IMG/VR virus record: IMGVR_UViG_3300044769_000143
Length of the DNA stretch: 64,000 nucleotides
Direction: 5' to 3' (one strand)
Source of the DNA: a virus
Of this stretch, positions 22,744 to 31,912 are shown one piece after another (the first letter of the stretch is position 1; each line of letters begins with the position of its first letter). Below the pieces are notes generated by a model, which searched no databases, was not told the DNA's origin, and saw nothing but the letters and a program-made list of their open reading frames with translations. Made by a program: the position numbers and the translations under genes.

Positions 22744-23211
22744 ATGTGCTATAATGGCCGTGTGCGTACCACTACCTTCGAACGTCTCCATGAACGATTC
22801 TGGCAAAAAGTAGATAAGACAGATTCTTGCTGGATTTGGACAGCTGGTAAATACACAAACGGATATGGATCTTTTGGCGTTGGTGAGAATCATTGGTATG
22901 CCCATCGTTTCTCATGGACTATTAGTAATGGTTCAATTCCAGAAGGAAAATATGTTTGTCATCACTGTGATGTTCGAGCCTGTGTAAATCCTGATCATTT
23001 ATTTCTTGGAACTGCAAAAGAAAATTATCAAGATGCCTCTAGAAAAGATAGATTATGTACAAAGAAATTTCTAACTAATGAAGAAGACTTGGAGATCTTT
23101 CAAAGTTCTTTATCAGACGAAGAACTCGCTAAAATCTATGTAGTTTCTCCTAGAGTGATTCGTAACACAAGAATACGCCTTTCTAATATTTACCCTATAT
23201 TTGGCGCTTGA
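22744..23211 (+). CDS. HNH homing endonuclease (paralogue family A) immediately upstream of the terminase genes
   Basis: CWIWTAG...GYGSF...AHRFSWTISNGSIPEGKYVCHHCDVRACVNPDHLFLGTAKEN. AT-rich island. By comparison with its paralogues the true start may be the in-frame GTG at 22762. Confidence 0.85.
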   Translation: MCYNGRVRTTTFERLHERFWQKVDKTDSCWIWTAGKYTNGYGSFGVGENHWYAHRFSWTISNGSIPEGKYVCHHCDVRACVNPDHLFLGTAKENYQDASRKDRLCTKKFLTNEEDLEIFQSSLSDEELAKIYVVSPRVIRNTRIRLSNIYPIFGA

Positions 23212-23237
23212 CACGCTCCCGGCTAGTGTGCTATAGT
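23208..23237 (+). promoter_or_regulatory. Class I promoter at the head of the late (virion) operon
   Basis: TTGACA (23208-23213, overlapping the HNH stop), 18-bp spacer, TGc TATAGT (23232-23237). Lies 35 nt upstream of the 23272 start with AGGAGGG SD. Confidence 0.6.
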
Positions 23238-23271
23238 CGGTTATTCTCTTCCGCCCAGGAGGGTAATTATC

Positions 23272-23658
23272 ATGCGCCCCGTTTACGACGACGACGATCT
23301 CCTCGATGTGCCGCCAGGATACATCTCTGGTCCCTCGAAAGCGGATCTCGTAGATTCTGCAGCGAAGTTTGCGGCAGAGATCCTGGAAGATCCCCAGTAC
23401 CTGGAGAAGCTGAAGGCGCGCGCCTTTGCAGGTGCCCTTCCGCCGGCAATCGAGCAGATGTTGTGGGCGTATAGATTTGGGAAGCCCATGGAGATGTCCA
23501 AGATCAAGCAGGGGCCGAGTGATTCGCAGCTGCTGGCGGACATGTCCCTCGAAGATCTGACCGCCTTGGCGAGGAAGAACGCGGAAGACGCGAGTCTCCT
23601 CCTCGAAGCGAAGATGCACAAGATGGGCATTGCTCCCATCCGCGGGCACTTGCAGTAA
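23272..23658 (+). CDS. Candidate small terminase subunit
   Basis: 128-aa helical ORF directly upstream of TerL. The assignment is positional only. Confidence 0.35.
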   Translation: MRPVYDDDDLLDVPPGYISGPSKADLVDSAAKFAAEILEDPQYLEKLKARAFAGALPPAIEQMLWAYRFGKPMEMSKIKQGPSDSQLLADMSLEDLTALARKNAEDASLLLEAKMHKMGIAPIRGHLQ

Positions 23659-23761
23659 GAGCTCAGGTGGATCGCGCCGTAGGTGCGGTTCATTCTGTTA
23701 CAGTGAGCGTGTGAGCGAATGCGTGAGCGGGTAGTACCTTTCTTTTCTAGCTCACACGCAT

Positions 23762-25276
23762 GTGTCAACCATTTCCTCGAAGGACTATTTAGCTAGAACT
23801 CTCTCCCAGCAGTCGGCAATTACGGCCGAGCTGCGGCGGAGGAGATATGCCCTCGATCCGGTGCTCTGGGCGCGAGAGGTTCTCGGGGATACGCTCTGGT
23901 CCCAACAGATGCGTATCATGGAGTCTGTTCGAGACCACCGCAAGACCGCCGTCCGCTCCTGCCACGAAATCGGAAAAAGTTTTATTGCTGCCGAAGTGAT
24001 TGGATGGTTCATCGCAACGCGCAGAATTGGCGATGCGTTTGTAGTGACATCTGCGCCTACGGCGAAACAGGTGGCGGCCATCTTGTGGCGCGAAATCGGC
24101 CGCGTACACGGACGTGGCGATCTTCCTGGGCGGGTGACTGCCACGGAGTGGAAAGCCGTTCCCGTGCTGCCGGATGGTCGCCCCGGTAAAGAGGAACTAG
24201 TTGGGTTCGGCCGCAAGCCAGACGACTATGACATGACAGCCTTCCAGGGGATTCATGCTCCTGAAGTGCTTGTCGTGTTTGATGAGGCGGATGGTATGCC
24301 GCCTGAGCTCTGGGAAGCGGCCGACTCGCTGATGGCGAATGACGACTCTAAGATGTTGGTCATCGGCAACCCGGATAACCCGCAGTCACAGTTCCGCGAG
24401 GTCTGTAAGCCGGGCTCCGGGTTCAACACGATTGGAGTCAGTGCATTTGATTCGCCCAACTTCACCGGTGAACCAATGCCAGAGCGCGTCCGGAAGCAGC
24501 TTATCGGACCACTCTATGTCGAGGAGAAGAGACGAAAGTGGGCTCCTCGATGGACCTGGACAGATGACGGCTCCCGGGTCGTATGCCCCGAAGGAGTCGA
24601 TCCTCTCGACACGAATCCCTACTGGCAAAGCAAGATCCTAGGACAGTTTCCCGAACGGGCGGACGCCGACGGGCTGATTCCGGAGGTGTGGATTGCACAA
24701 GCCCGAGCCAGAAATCTTCCAGCTCACGGCCCCTATCAACTTGGGGTTGATGTCGGCGGTGGTGGCGACGCCTCCACCATCGGATTACGTAACGGCGTTC
24801 AGTTTAAAATCCTGCACGAAGATCACAACCCAGACACGATGGCAACAACCGGACGGGTCGTGGACTACCTCGCCAAGACAAATAGCGACTGTGCCAAGGT
24901 AGACGTGATCGGTATCGGGCGGGGCGTGGTGGATAGAGGCCTCGAACTGGAACTGCCGTTCATCGGGATTAACGTTGGTGAAAGACCGTCAGAGCCGGAA
25001 CGGTTTGCGAACCTTCGGGCGGAATACTACTGGAAGCTCCGCGAACGGTTTGAGTCGGGCCAAATCGTCATGGAAGAAGACGATGAAGACACCGCGGCCG
25101 AACTGGTGGAGCTGAAGTACAAACGGCTCAGCAATGGAAAGATAGAAATTGAAAGCAAGCAGCAGATGAAGAATCGCGGCGTGCCGAGCCCCAATCGGGC
25201 CGAGGCCATGATGCTGGCGTTCGCCGAGCCGAAAAAGGTGGTTGGCGGAGTGCTTGCTGGAGTGTGCACATGGTAA
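23762..25276 (+). CDS. terL: Terminase large subunit
   Basis: 504 aa. Walker A-like SCHEIGKSF, Walker B VVFDEADGM, and a C-terminal nuclease-like region. Located before the portal. Confidence 0.8.
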   Translation: MSTISSKDYLARTLSQQSAITAELRRRRYALDPVLWAREVLGDTLWSQQMRIMESVRDHRKTAVRSCHEIGKSFIAAEVIGWFIATRRIGDAFVVTSAPTAKQVAAILWREIGRVHGRGDLPGRVTATEWKAVPVLPDGRPGKEELVGFGRKPDDYDMTAFQGIHAPEVLVVFDEADGMPPELWEAADSLMANDDSKMLVIGNPDNPQSQFREVCKPGSGFNTIGVSAFDSPNFTGEPMPERVRKQLIGPLYVEEKRRKWAPRWTWTDDGSRVVCPEGVDPLDTNPYWQSKILGQFPERADADGLIPEVWIAQARARNLPAHGPYQLGVDVGGGGDASTIGLRNGVQFKILHEDHNPDTMATTGRVVDYLAKTNSDCAKVDVIGIGRGVVDRGLELELPFIGINVGERPSEPERFANLRAEYYWKLRERFESGQIVMEEDDEDTAAELVELKYKRLSNGKIEIESKQQMKNRGVPSPNRAEAMMLAFAEPKKVVGGVLAGVCTW

Positions 25277-26661
25277 GGGATTCCTCCGGGGATAGCATCT
25301 CGATGGGCGCGCTGCGCGTGCTTGGCACCGTGCTGAACCGAATGGGGCTGCGCGGGCTGGGAAAAACGTTCGACGGGATGCGGGACATGACTCAGGCCCT
25401 CGGCTACAAGAAAGATCTTGGTAGCGAGGACTACGCGGCGCGTTACGCGCGCAACGGAGTGAGTAATCGGCTTGTGAACATCTTCCCCAAGGCCACCTGG
25501 GCAGCCGGTTGTGAAGTTATAGAGATAGAAGACCCGTTCAAAATCACTCCGTTTGAACAAGAAATGATCGATTTGGATGAAAAAGTCCACTTCTGGAACG
25601 CATTTCTCCGTGCGGACGTGCTTGCGGGACTTGATCGGTACAGCGTGATCGTGATTGGTGCGCCCGGTGCCATGGATGCTCCCCTACCCGATGGGGCGGG
25701 GAGTATTGATGGAATCGGGTATCTTATGCCGTACCGGGAGTCGCATGCCCGGATTCAAATCACCGTGAATGATCCCAAAAATCCGCGCTTTGGACAGGCG
25801 GAGATGTACATGATCACGCACGTGCAGGATGGAACAATTGGAACAGCCGCAAACTCCGTAGAACGTCGGGTTCACTGGAGCCGCGTGCTGCACATTGTCC
25901 ACGAACGGCTGGATAGTAACCTGTATGGTCCTCCGGACTTAGAAAACGTCTGGAATTACCTCGATGACCTGGACAAAGTCGTCGGCGGTGGGTCAGAAGC
26001 CTTCTGGAAGACCGTATATCAGGGCATGCAGCTGGACATTGATCCGGAAATGGACCTCACGCCAGAGGCCAAAGAGGACATGTCCAGACAGATTGACGAA
26101 TTTGAAGCGAACCTCCGTCGAGTCTTCAGGACCCGCGGAGTAAAAGCGACGACGCTGGGTGCGTCGGCCACGGATTTCGGGCCTCAGGCGGAGGCGATTA
26201 TAAATCTGATTTGCGCTACCAAGGGAATCCCAAAACGCATTTTTATGGGTTCCGAGCGCGGCGAACTCGCATCGGCCCAGGACAAAGCCTCCTGGGATGA
26301 CGAAATTGACGATCGGCGGGAACAGTTTGCGTGGCCGGCGGTCGTGAAGCCGTTCGTGGATCGCCTTATAGAGAAAAATTACCTCAGCAAGCCTGCTAAC
26401 CCATTTTTCGTACGTTGGCCAGAGCGCAACAAGATGACCGTGCCAGAAAAGGCTGTGGTCGCGCAGCGTCTTGCGTCTCTCAACAAGAATATGGGTGTGG
26501 CGGTTGTCGGGCCGGACGACATTCGCGACAAGATTCTTGGATGGGACAAACTGAAGGAAAACGTTCCGGTGCCGATGGATCAGGCACCGGGTCCGCCGCC
26601 CGTAAAACGTCCCAACAAGACTCAACGCAGTGAAGGTGATGTCACTGAGGTTCGGTCATGA
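25264..26661 (+). CDS. Portal protein (DUF1073-like)
   Basis: 465 aa. Position between TerL and the protease/scaffold. N-terminal YAARYARNGVSNRLVNIFPKATW resembles DUF1073-type portals. Confidence 0.7.
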   Translation: MHMVRDSSGDSISMGALRVLGTVLNRMGLRGLGKTFDGMRDMTQALGYKKDLGSEDYAARYARNGVSNRLVNIFPKATWAAGCEVIEIEDPFKITPFEQEMIDLDEKVHFWNAFLRADVLAGLDRYSVIVIGAPGAMDAPLPDGAGSIDGIGYLMPYRESHARIQITVNDPKNPRFGQAEMYMITHVQDGTIGTAANSVERRVHWSRVLHIVHERLDSNLYGPPDLENVWNYLDDLDKVVGGGSEAFWKTVYQGMQLDIDPEMDLTPEAKEDMSRQIDEFEANLRRVFRTRGVKATTLGASATDFGPQAEAIINLICATKGIPKRIFMGSERGELASAQDKASWDDEIDDRREQFAWPAVVKPFVDRLIEKNYLSKPANPFFVRWPERNKMTVPEKAVVAQRLASLNKNMGVAVVGPDDIRDKILGWDKLKENVPVPMDQAPGPPPVKRPNKTQRSEGDVTEVRS

Positions 26662-27968
26662 GCGAATATCGCACTCTTCAGTTCCGCTTTGCGACGGGAG
26701 AAATCCGCGCAGCGACTTTCGAGGGAAGGGATCACGTTGTTGTTCCCGTGGTCGCCCTTGTGGAAGGTGTATTGCACGCTGTAAACGCTAAAAACCCGGA
26801 ATTGGTCCTTGCATCGGAGTTTGGGAAGTTTCCGATGGGCTGGAACGGGGAACCGGTCGTCATGAATCATCCCCAGGCGGAAGATGGGACTATGGTTTCT
26901 GCCAATTCTCCGGAAATTCTGGAAAAATGGCAGATTGGTCGCATTTTTGGGACCCGCGTGGATGGCGACAAACTCCGTATGGACGCCTATTTGGACCTTG
27001 CACGGGTCGAAATGGTCGGCGCAAAGGCCCAGCGGCTCCTTCAGAGGCTTCAAAATGCCGAACTCGCCGAAGTGTCTGTTGGAGCTTTTATCAGCGCTGA
27101 GGGCACTCCGGGCGTTCATAAAGGGCGACCTTACTCCCGAATTTGGAGGCAAATCGTCCCGGATCATCTTGCTTTTCTAGAAGATGGGTATATTGGTGCG
27201 TGCAGCAATGAAGCTGGATGTGGCGCCGGGATTTCGCGTGCCGCAATCCACGTAGTCACTGCAGAGGGTTTCACCCTCGAAGGAGTGAACACAGTGAAGC
27301 GTACTCTGTTGGAGCGCCTGAAAGATTTGATTGCGGCAGGCGAGCAGGAAGGGGAACCGGTTGCGGAACCGGTTGCAGAGCCAGTTGCCCCGGTGGCCGC
27401 TGCCGAATGTGGCTGTGGCGGTAAGAAGGAAACCGTTGTGAGCGCGGAAAGCGCCGAAGGAGGAACAGTGCACAAGAATGCCGAGCGCATTACCGCGCTT
27501 ATCGCCAACGCCAAGACCCCATGGTCGGAGGCCGATCGTATTCACCTCGAATCGAAGTCTGACGAGCAGCTGGCGACGCTCGAAGCCTTCGGCAAGGAGC
27601 CCGAACCCACGAAGGAAGAACCGGTCGTCGCTGCCGCCAAGCCCGCAGAACTCAAGATTGAGGATCTGCCGGAAACATGGCAGCGTCTGATCCGCACCGC
27701 TGAAGCGAACGAGAAGGCCACGCGCGCCTCGCTCGTCGAGAAGCTCACCACCGCACAGGAAGCCTTCACCAAGGAAGACCTGGAAGCGATGGGCTACGAG
27801 CAGCTCCAGAAACTCGGCAAGGCTGTCCTCAAGATCGCCAACGTCGAAACGGTGGACTTCAGCGCGAACGCGGGTGCTCCTGCGTCAACCCCGAAGGATA
27901 GCGACCGTTACGCTGACGACGCGCCGGATCTCGGTGCGATGTTCCGTCCCGCTCGCAAGATTTCGTAA
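26658..27968 (+). CDS. DUF2213-like prohead protease fused to an acidic scaffold-like C-terminal region
   Basis: N-terminal about 190 aa (VPVVALVEGV...GEPVVMNHP...VPDHLAFLEDG) resemble DUF2213. The C-terminal half is Glu/Ala/Lys-rich and helical. Confidence 0.55.
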   Translation: MSEYRTLQFRFATGEIRAATFEGRDHVVVPVVALVEGVLHAVNAKNPELVLASEFGKFPMGWNGEPVVMNHPQAEDGTMVSANSPEILEKWQIGRIFGTRVDGDKLRMDAYLDLARVEMVGAKAQRLLQRLQNAELAEVSVGAFISAEGTPGVHKGRPYSRIWRQIVPDHLAFLEDGYIGACSNEAGCGAGISRAAIHVVTAEGFTLEGVNTVKRTLLERLKDLIAAGEQEGEPVAEPVAEPVAPVAAAECGCGGKKETVVSAESAEGGTVHKNAERITALIANAKTPWSEADRIHLESKSDEQLATLEAFGKEPEPTKEEPVVAAAKPAELKIEDLPETWQRLIRTAEANEKATRASLVEKLTTAQEAFTKEDLEAMGYEQLQKLGKAVLKIANVETVDFSANAGAPASTPKDSDRYADDAPDLGAMFRPARKIS

Positions 27969-27994
27969 CCAGCTTTCAAGGAGAGGAGATAGGC

Positions 27995-28408
27995 ATGTCG
28001 GCTTCCAAGGCGGTCGTCCTTCAGGGCGTCCCAACGTACAACGAGAATGGTGTAGCTAGCGAGAATGGAATCATTCCTGGGATGCTCGTCCAGGGTGTGA
28101 CCACCATCGCCAAGCACAACGTTGCTGGCGGTGTCGCTGCCCGCACGTTCGCCCTCGAACGTGATGAAATGGGTGATGCGCTGGACGTGGCGTACGTGAT
28201 TGGCGACGTTGTCAAGGTGGGATCGTTCTCACCCGGTGACGTGGTCAACGCAGTCGTCGCATCTGGTGCGAACATCGCAGCAGGTTCATTCGTCGAAAGC
28301 GCCGGCAATGGTGCTGTCCGTGTGTATGCGGCCGGTACACGCATTGGTCGCGCTGTGGAAACTCAGGCAGCTGCCCCAGCAACGCGTCTCGCGATCGAAA
28401 TCTACTAA
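27995..28408 (+). CDS. Head decoration-like protein (DUF2190-like)
   Basis: 137-aa Gly/Val/Ala-rich beta protein between the scaffold and the capsid gene. Strong SD GGAGAGGAG. Confidence 0.45.
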   Translation: MSASKAVVLQGVPTYNENGVASENGIIPGMLVQGVTTIAKHNVAGGVAARTFALERDEMGDALDVAYVIGDVVKVGSFSPGDVVNAVVASGANIAAGSFVESAGNGAVRVYAAGTRIGRAVETQAAAPATRLAIEIY

Positions 28409-28455
28409 CCAAATTCAGTCTGAACCGACTGGACTGTACAAGAAGAGGAGAAGAC

Positions 28456-29712
28456 ATGAATGCAGTCGTAGAGACTGGCCGCGAGTTCTGGGGCGCTTCC
28501 GACGGCAAGTGGGCCGGCGAGCAGATGCTCAAGGCTCTCGAAGCTGGTCGCCCATTGGCAGCCAAGGAGCTTCGCGTCGCTTCTACTCTCCGCAAGGATG
28601 AGTGGAAGGTGTTCGACGAGGCTCTCGTCGAGGAAGTTCACTTGCGTCTCCGTGGTGTCGCCGATCTGTACGGGGCGGGCCTCACGAAGAGCATCAGTGG
28701 CGGACTCGGAAAGACGGTCTACGAGTACGAGAAGATGTCCGACATGACGCCTGCCATCGTGTCGATGGACGGCAACGTGCGTTCGGACAACGATCGCGTG
28801 GACTTCAGCCGGGCTGGCATTCCGCTGCCCATCACCCACAAGGACTTCAACCTCAACCTGCGGACGCTTCAGGCCTCCCGCAGCGGCGGTGAAGGCCTCG
28901 ATACCGTTCAACTTCGTGTCTGCGGGCGTCTCATTGCTGAGAAGCTCGAAGACATGCTGTTCAACGGTTCTACCAAGATCTACCAGGGCCTTCCGATCTA
29001 CGGGTACACGACGTTCCCGCAGCGGAACAAGCTCGCCTTCGGTACGGGCGGCGCGTGGTCCTCGGGTAGCAAGACCGGTGAGCAGAAGCTCAACGACGTC
29101 CTTGCGATGATCGCTGCCGCCAACGCCGATCGTATGTACGGACCGTTTGTCCTGTACATCCCGGCGACGGACGCAGTGGCCCTCAACCAGGACTTCAAGA
29201 CAGCTTCCGACAAGTCGGTTCTGTCCCGCCTCCTGGAGATTCCGGAACTCTCCTCGATCCGCACGAGCGACGTTCTCGCTGCGGACAACCTGCTTCTCGT
29301 CCAAATGACGGCGGACAACGTCCAGCTGCTCGTTGGAGAGCCACTGCAGAACATTCAGTGGGACATCAACGGCGGGTTCACCATCGCGTTCAAGAGCTTC
29401 ACGATCCAGGTACCGCTGATTCGTGCTGACGCCGCCGGCCGTTCCGGTATCGTTCACATGAACGTCACCGGCACGTTGCTTCGTGACTCTGGCGATGAGA
29501 TTCGCGCAGCGGTTTCGGACCGCAACCTGAACGAGCCCACGATCGAGGTGGACAAGGCTGGTGTGGTCCGGGCGATTATCGCCAACGACGACACTCTGCC
29601 GGAGAAGCCGGATCAGGGTCTGCCGGGTGACGGGCGTGAGCGTCGTCCGCGGGTGGACAACGAACTTCCGGAGACTCCGGAGCCGAAGAAGACTGGCGAC
29701 GCGAAGAAGTAG
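28456..29712 (+). CDS. Major capsid protein (HK97 fold, encapsulin/DUF2184-like) with disordered C-terminal extension
   Basis: 418 aa. Encapsulin-like N-terminal region (LRKDEWKVFDEALVEE...). Canonical position. Last about 40 aa are Pro/Glu/Lys-rich. Confidence 0.7.
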   Translation: MNAVVETGREFWGASDGKWAGEQMLKALEAGRPLAAKELRVASTLRKDEWKVFDEALVEEVHLRLRGVADLYGAGLTKSISGGLGKTVYEYEKMSDMTPAIVSMDGNVRSDNDRVDFSRAGIPLPITHKDFNLNLRTLQASRSGGEGLDTVQLRVCGRLIAEKLEDMLFNGSTKIYQGLPIYGYTTFPQRNKLAFGTGGAWSSGSKTGEQKLNDVLAMIAAANADRMYGPFVLYIPATDAVALNQDFKTASDKSVLSRLLEIPELSSIRTSDVLAADNLLLVQMTADNVQLLVGEPLQNIQWDINGGFTIAFKSFTIQVPLIRADAAGRSGIVHMNVTGTLLRDSGDEIRAAVSDRNLNEPTIEVDKAGVVRAIIANDDTLPEKPDQGLPGDGRERRPRVDNELPETPEPKKTGDAKK

Positions 29713-29719
29713 GTAAATC

Positions 29720-30235
29720 ATGGACTTTGACGCGACAGTCGGCGGGCCAGACTCCACTAGTTTCGTAACCGTTGAAGAGGCGGATGCATACTTCACGGCA
29801 CACCCGTTTGGAGAAAACTGGTTCGAACTTGATGAGTCGCAGAAAGAGTCCTATCTCATGATGGCTACGCGAACGCTGTCGGCGCAATGCTGGACGGGTC
29901 AGGCGAGTTCGCCTGACCAAGCGCTCGCGTGGCCGCGCACGGGGATGTTGGGTACCAATGGGTACCCAATTCCTTCGGACATTATTCCGAGGGAAATCAA
30001 GTACATGACGTACGAGCTGGCTTTTCGCACCTACTCTGAAGGATCAACTGGTTCTTCGAGTACCGGTGATCAGGGACTCAAGCGAGTGAAGGCTGGTTCA
30101 GTCGAGGTAGAATACTTCAGCCCGGGGAGCATGGAAGGGGCATTCAGTCTCGTACCTTCAGATATCAAGGCGTACGGAAGTGCTTCTTGGTTCTGCACGT
30201 CACCGGGTCAGTTTGCTGAATTCGTGGTAATCTAA
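29720..30235 (+). CDS. Head-tail connector/adaptor (gp6-like)
   Basis: 171 aa. The N-terminal FVTVEEADAYF motif is typical of gp6-like connectors. Position after the MCP. Confidence 0.5.
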   Translation: MDFDATVGGPDSTSFVTVEEADAYFTAHPFGENWFELDESQKESYLMMATRTLSAQCWTGQASSPDQALAWPRTGMLGTNGYPIPSDIIPREIKYMTYELAFRTYSEGSTGSSSTGDQGLKRVKAGSVEVEYFSPGSMEGAFSLVPSDIKAYGSASWFCTSPGQFAEFVVI

Positions 30236-30642
30236 TGGCTGGACTATCTGACGTTCTTCGTAACGGTGTAAAGACGATTTACGGTGTTACGAAGACCGCA
30301 CAGACCAAGATTACTCTACATCGTTGGCAGGGGCAGGGTTACGACGGAGCGCCGAACTATGCGGCTCCTTTGACACTGACAGCGATCGTTGAATACAAAC
30401 AAGAAGCCCGGCAGTCGAATACCGGCCAGCTCAGGACTTCTCGCGCGTATATCATCATTTTATCTCCGCTTTCTGCTTTGGGTGCTGCGGAACGTTCGGA
30501 ACCAATAGATGAAAGAGATTTGATCACACTTCCGAACATGACTACGGGGCCGATCATTGAAACATACGGTGTGATTGACGCCAAGACTCAGTTGCCGTAC
30601 TGCCACGAAATTTGGATGGGAGATCGTAGAGGAGATAATTAG
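30235..30642 (+). CDS. Head completion protein candidate
   Basis: 135-aa ORF coupled by ATG/TAA overlap. The assignment is positional only. Confidence 0.35.
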   Translation: MAGLSDVLRNGVKTIYGVTKTAQTKITLHRWQGQGYDGAPNYAAPLTLTAIVEYKQEARQSNTGQLRTSRAYIIILSPLSALGAAERSEPIDERDLITLPNMTTGPIIETYGVIDAKTQLPYCHEIWMGDRRGDN

Positions 30643-31346
30643 TGAAGCTGCTATCCATCCTGACAGTTACAAAGGCTGAACCGTATGCTGAGTATTTCCT
30701 GAAAAGGATGCAGCAGTTAGCAGTGGCGTCGAACGCTGAACTTGTAATTGCAGGTGATGGAACAGAGGCGATAAATCAACTCAAGCGGTCCGGGTTTGGT
30801 GACGAAGACGTACTTGTTTCGGTGAAGTCCGACGGCTATATCGAAAGCGTGTTGGACGCGGCGGTTCGGTGCTGTAGTGGTAAATATATTCTTAGATTAG
30901 ATGATGACGAAGCTGTTTCTCCGGAGATGTTCAGATGGATAGTCAATCAAAACTTCACGGAAGCGGATCACTGGAAGTTCGCACGGGCTCATTTGTGGCA
31001 CCACGCAAGCTTGTATATCACAAATGGACCCCTGTGGCCGGATCACCAGACACGATTGAGCGTAAGGAAGAAGTCTGGGGGGCGGACGAGTATACATGCA
31101 GGAAGCCCCTTTGGTGGCGGACGTCTGGCTCCGGTAGTTCTTGAGCATTGGAAGTTCCTCGTAAAATCGAGGGAGGAACGACGGGCGATAGCAAATAGAT
31201 ACGATTCTCATGGCATGGGGCTTGGAACGCAGGGTATGCTTTGGTTTAACATACCTGAAGAATCATATGTGAAGATGGAATTGAAAGATATATCTGAAGC
31301 GGCTCTCCAGGCGGTAATTGACGCCGAACAGTGGGTGGAAGCGTGA
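30642..31346 (+). CDS. GT-A-fold (family 2-like) glycosyltransferase
   Basis: 234 aa. GTG start overlapping the upstream TAG, GAGGAG SD. N-terminal Rossmann-like LSILTVTK... and a DxD-type LRLDDDE motif. Confidence 0.55.
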   Translation: MKLLSILTVTKAEPYAEYFLKRMQQLAVASNAELVIAGDGTEAINQLKRSGFGDEDVLVSVKSDGYIESVLDAAVRCCSGKYILRLDDDEAVSPEMFRWIVNQNFTEADHWKFARAHLWHHASLYITNGPLWPDHQTRLSVRKKSGGRTSIHAGSPFGGGRLAPVVLEHWKFLVKSREERRAIANRYDSHGMGLGTQGMLWFNIPEESYVKMELKDISEAALQAVIDAEQWVEA

Positions 31347-31912
31347 ATATTGACCAAGCCTTCGCCTCTGTGAAAAGAACAATGGAGCAATGGCCGAATG
31401 AAATTCGTCCGTTTACTCAGTTTCTTGCAGAAAAGAAGCCGGAGAATATTTTAGAAATTGGTGTAAGAAACGGCGGGACTGCTTCTTTGTGGTGCCATGT
31501 TGCTTCAGGATTAGTGGTTGGGGTTGATTGGGATCAACGTGATAGTTTGGGACATTCCAATACTATTCAACTTTCGAACGCTATGCTGTCGGATTACCCA
31601 AATTATAGATTTGTCTTTGGTGATTCGCACTCGGAAAGTACACGGAAACTCATTGAAAGTTTGGTACCAGAAGTAGATTTCCTGTTCATTGACGGGGACC
31701 ATAGCTACGAGGGCGTAAAGAAAGATTTTGAGATGTACAGTCCGCTGGTTAAATCAGGCGGGTTGATTGCTTTTCACGATATTGTAGATACAGACCTCAT
31801 TCGTAGCGCAGGGCACGGAGTTCATATTTTCTGGCGTCAGCTTAAGGGTAAGAAGACAGAATTCTGCATTAACGGTGCTTGGGGCGGAATCGGCGTTTTG
31901 GAGACTGAATGA
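31331..31912 (+). CDS. Class I SAM-dependent methyltransferase (CmcI/Methyltransf_24-like)
   Basis: Motif I ILEIGVRNGGTA, FIDGDHSYEGV and GGLIAFHD. The start is either GTG 31331 or GTG 31343 (GTGA overlap with the upstream stop). Confidence 0.7.
   Translation: MGGSVNIDQAFASVKRTMEQWPNEIRPFTQFLAEKKPENILEIGVRNGGTASLWCHVASGLVVGVDWDQRDSLGHSNTIQLSNAMLSDYPNYRFVFGDSHSESTRKLIESLVPEVDFLFIDGDHSYEGVKKDFEMYSPLVKSGGLIAFHDIVDTDLIRSAGHGVHIFWRQLKGKKTEFCINGAWGGIGVLETE

Noticed and set aside
22747-22755. TGcTATAAT extended -10 element at the very start of the HNH ORF, which could imply a leaderless GTG start at 22762.
   Set aside because: There is no -35 match (GCTACG). The element may simply reflect the AT-rich start of the inserted gene. 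I kept it as a note on the CDS and do not call it a promoter.
28405-29796. Long antisense ORFs inside GC-rich late genes: 28405-29796 (463 aa), 56233-57633 (466 aa), 35641-36456 (271 aa), 44533-45138, 46822-47439, 54868-55530 and 52627-53328.
   Set aside because: These are shadow ORFs opposite well-supported structural genes. Their translations are Arg/Pro/Gly-rich with no motifs, no SD and no operon logic.
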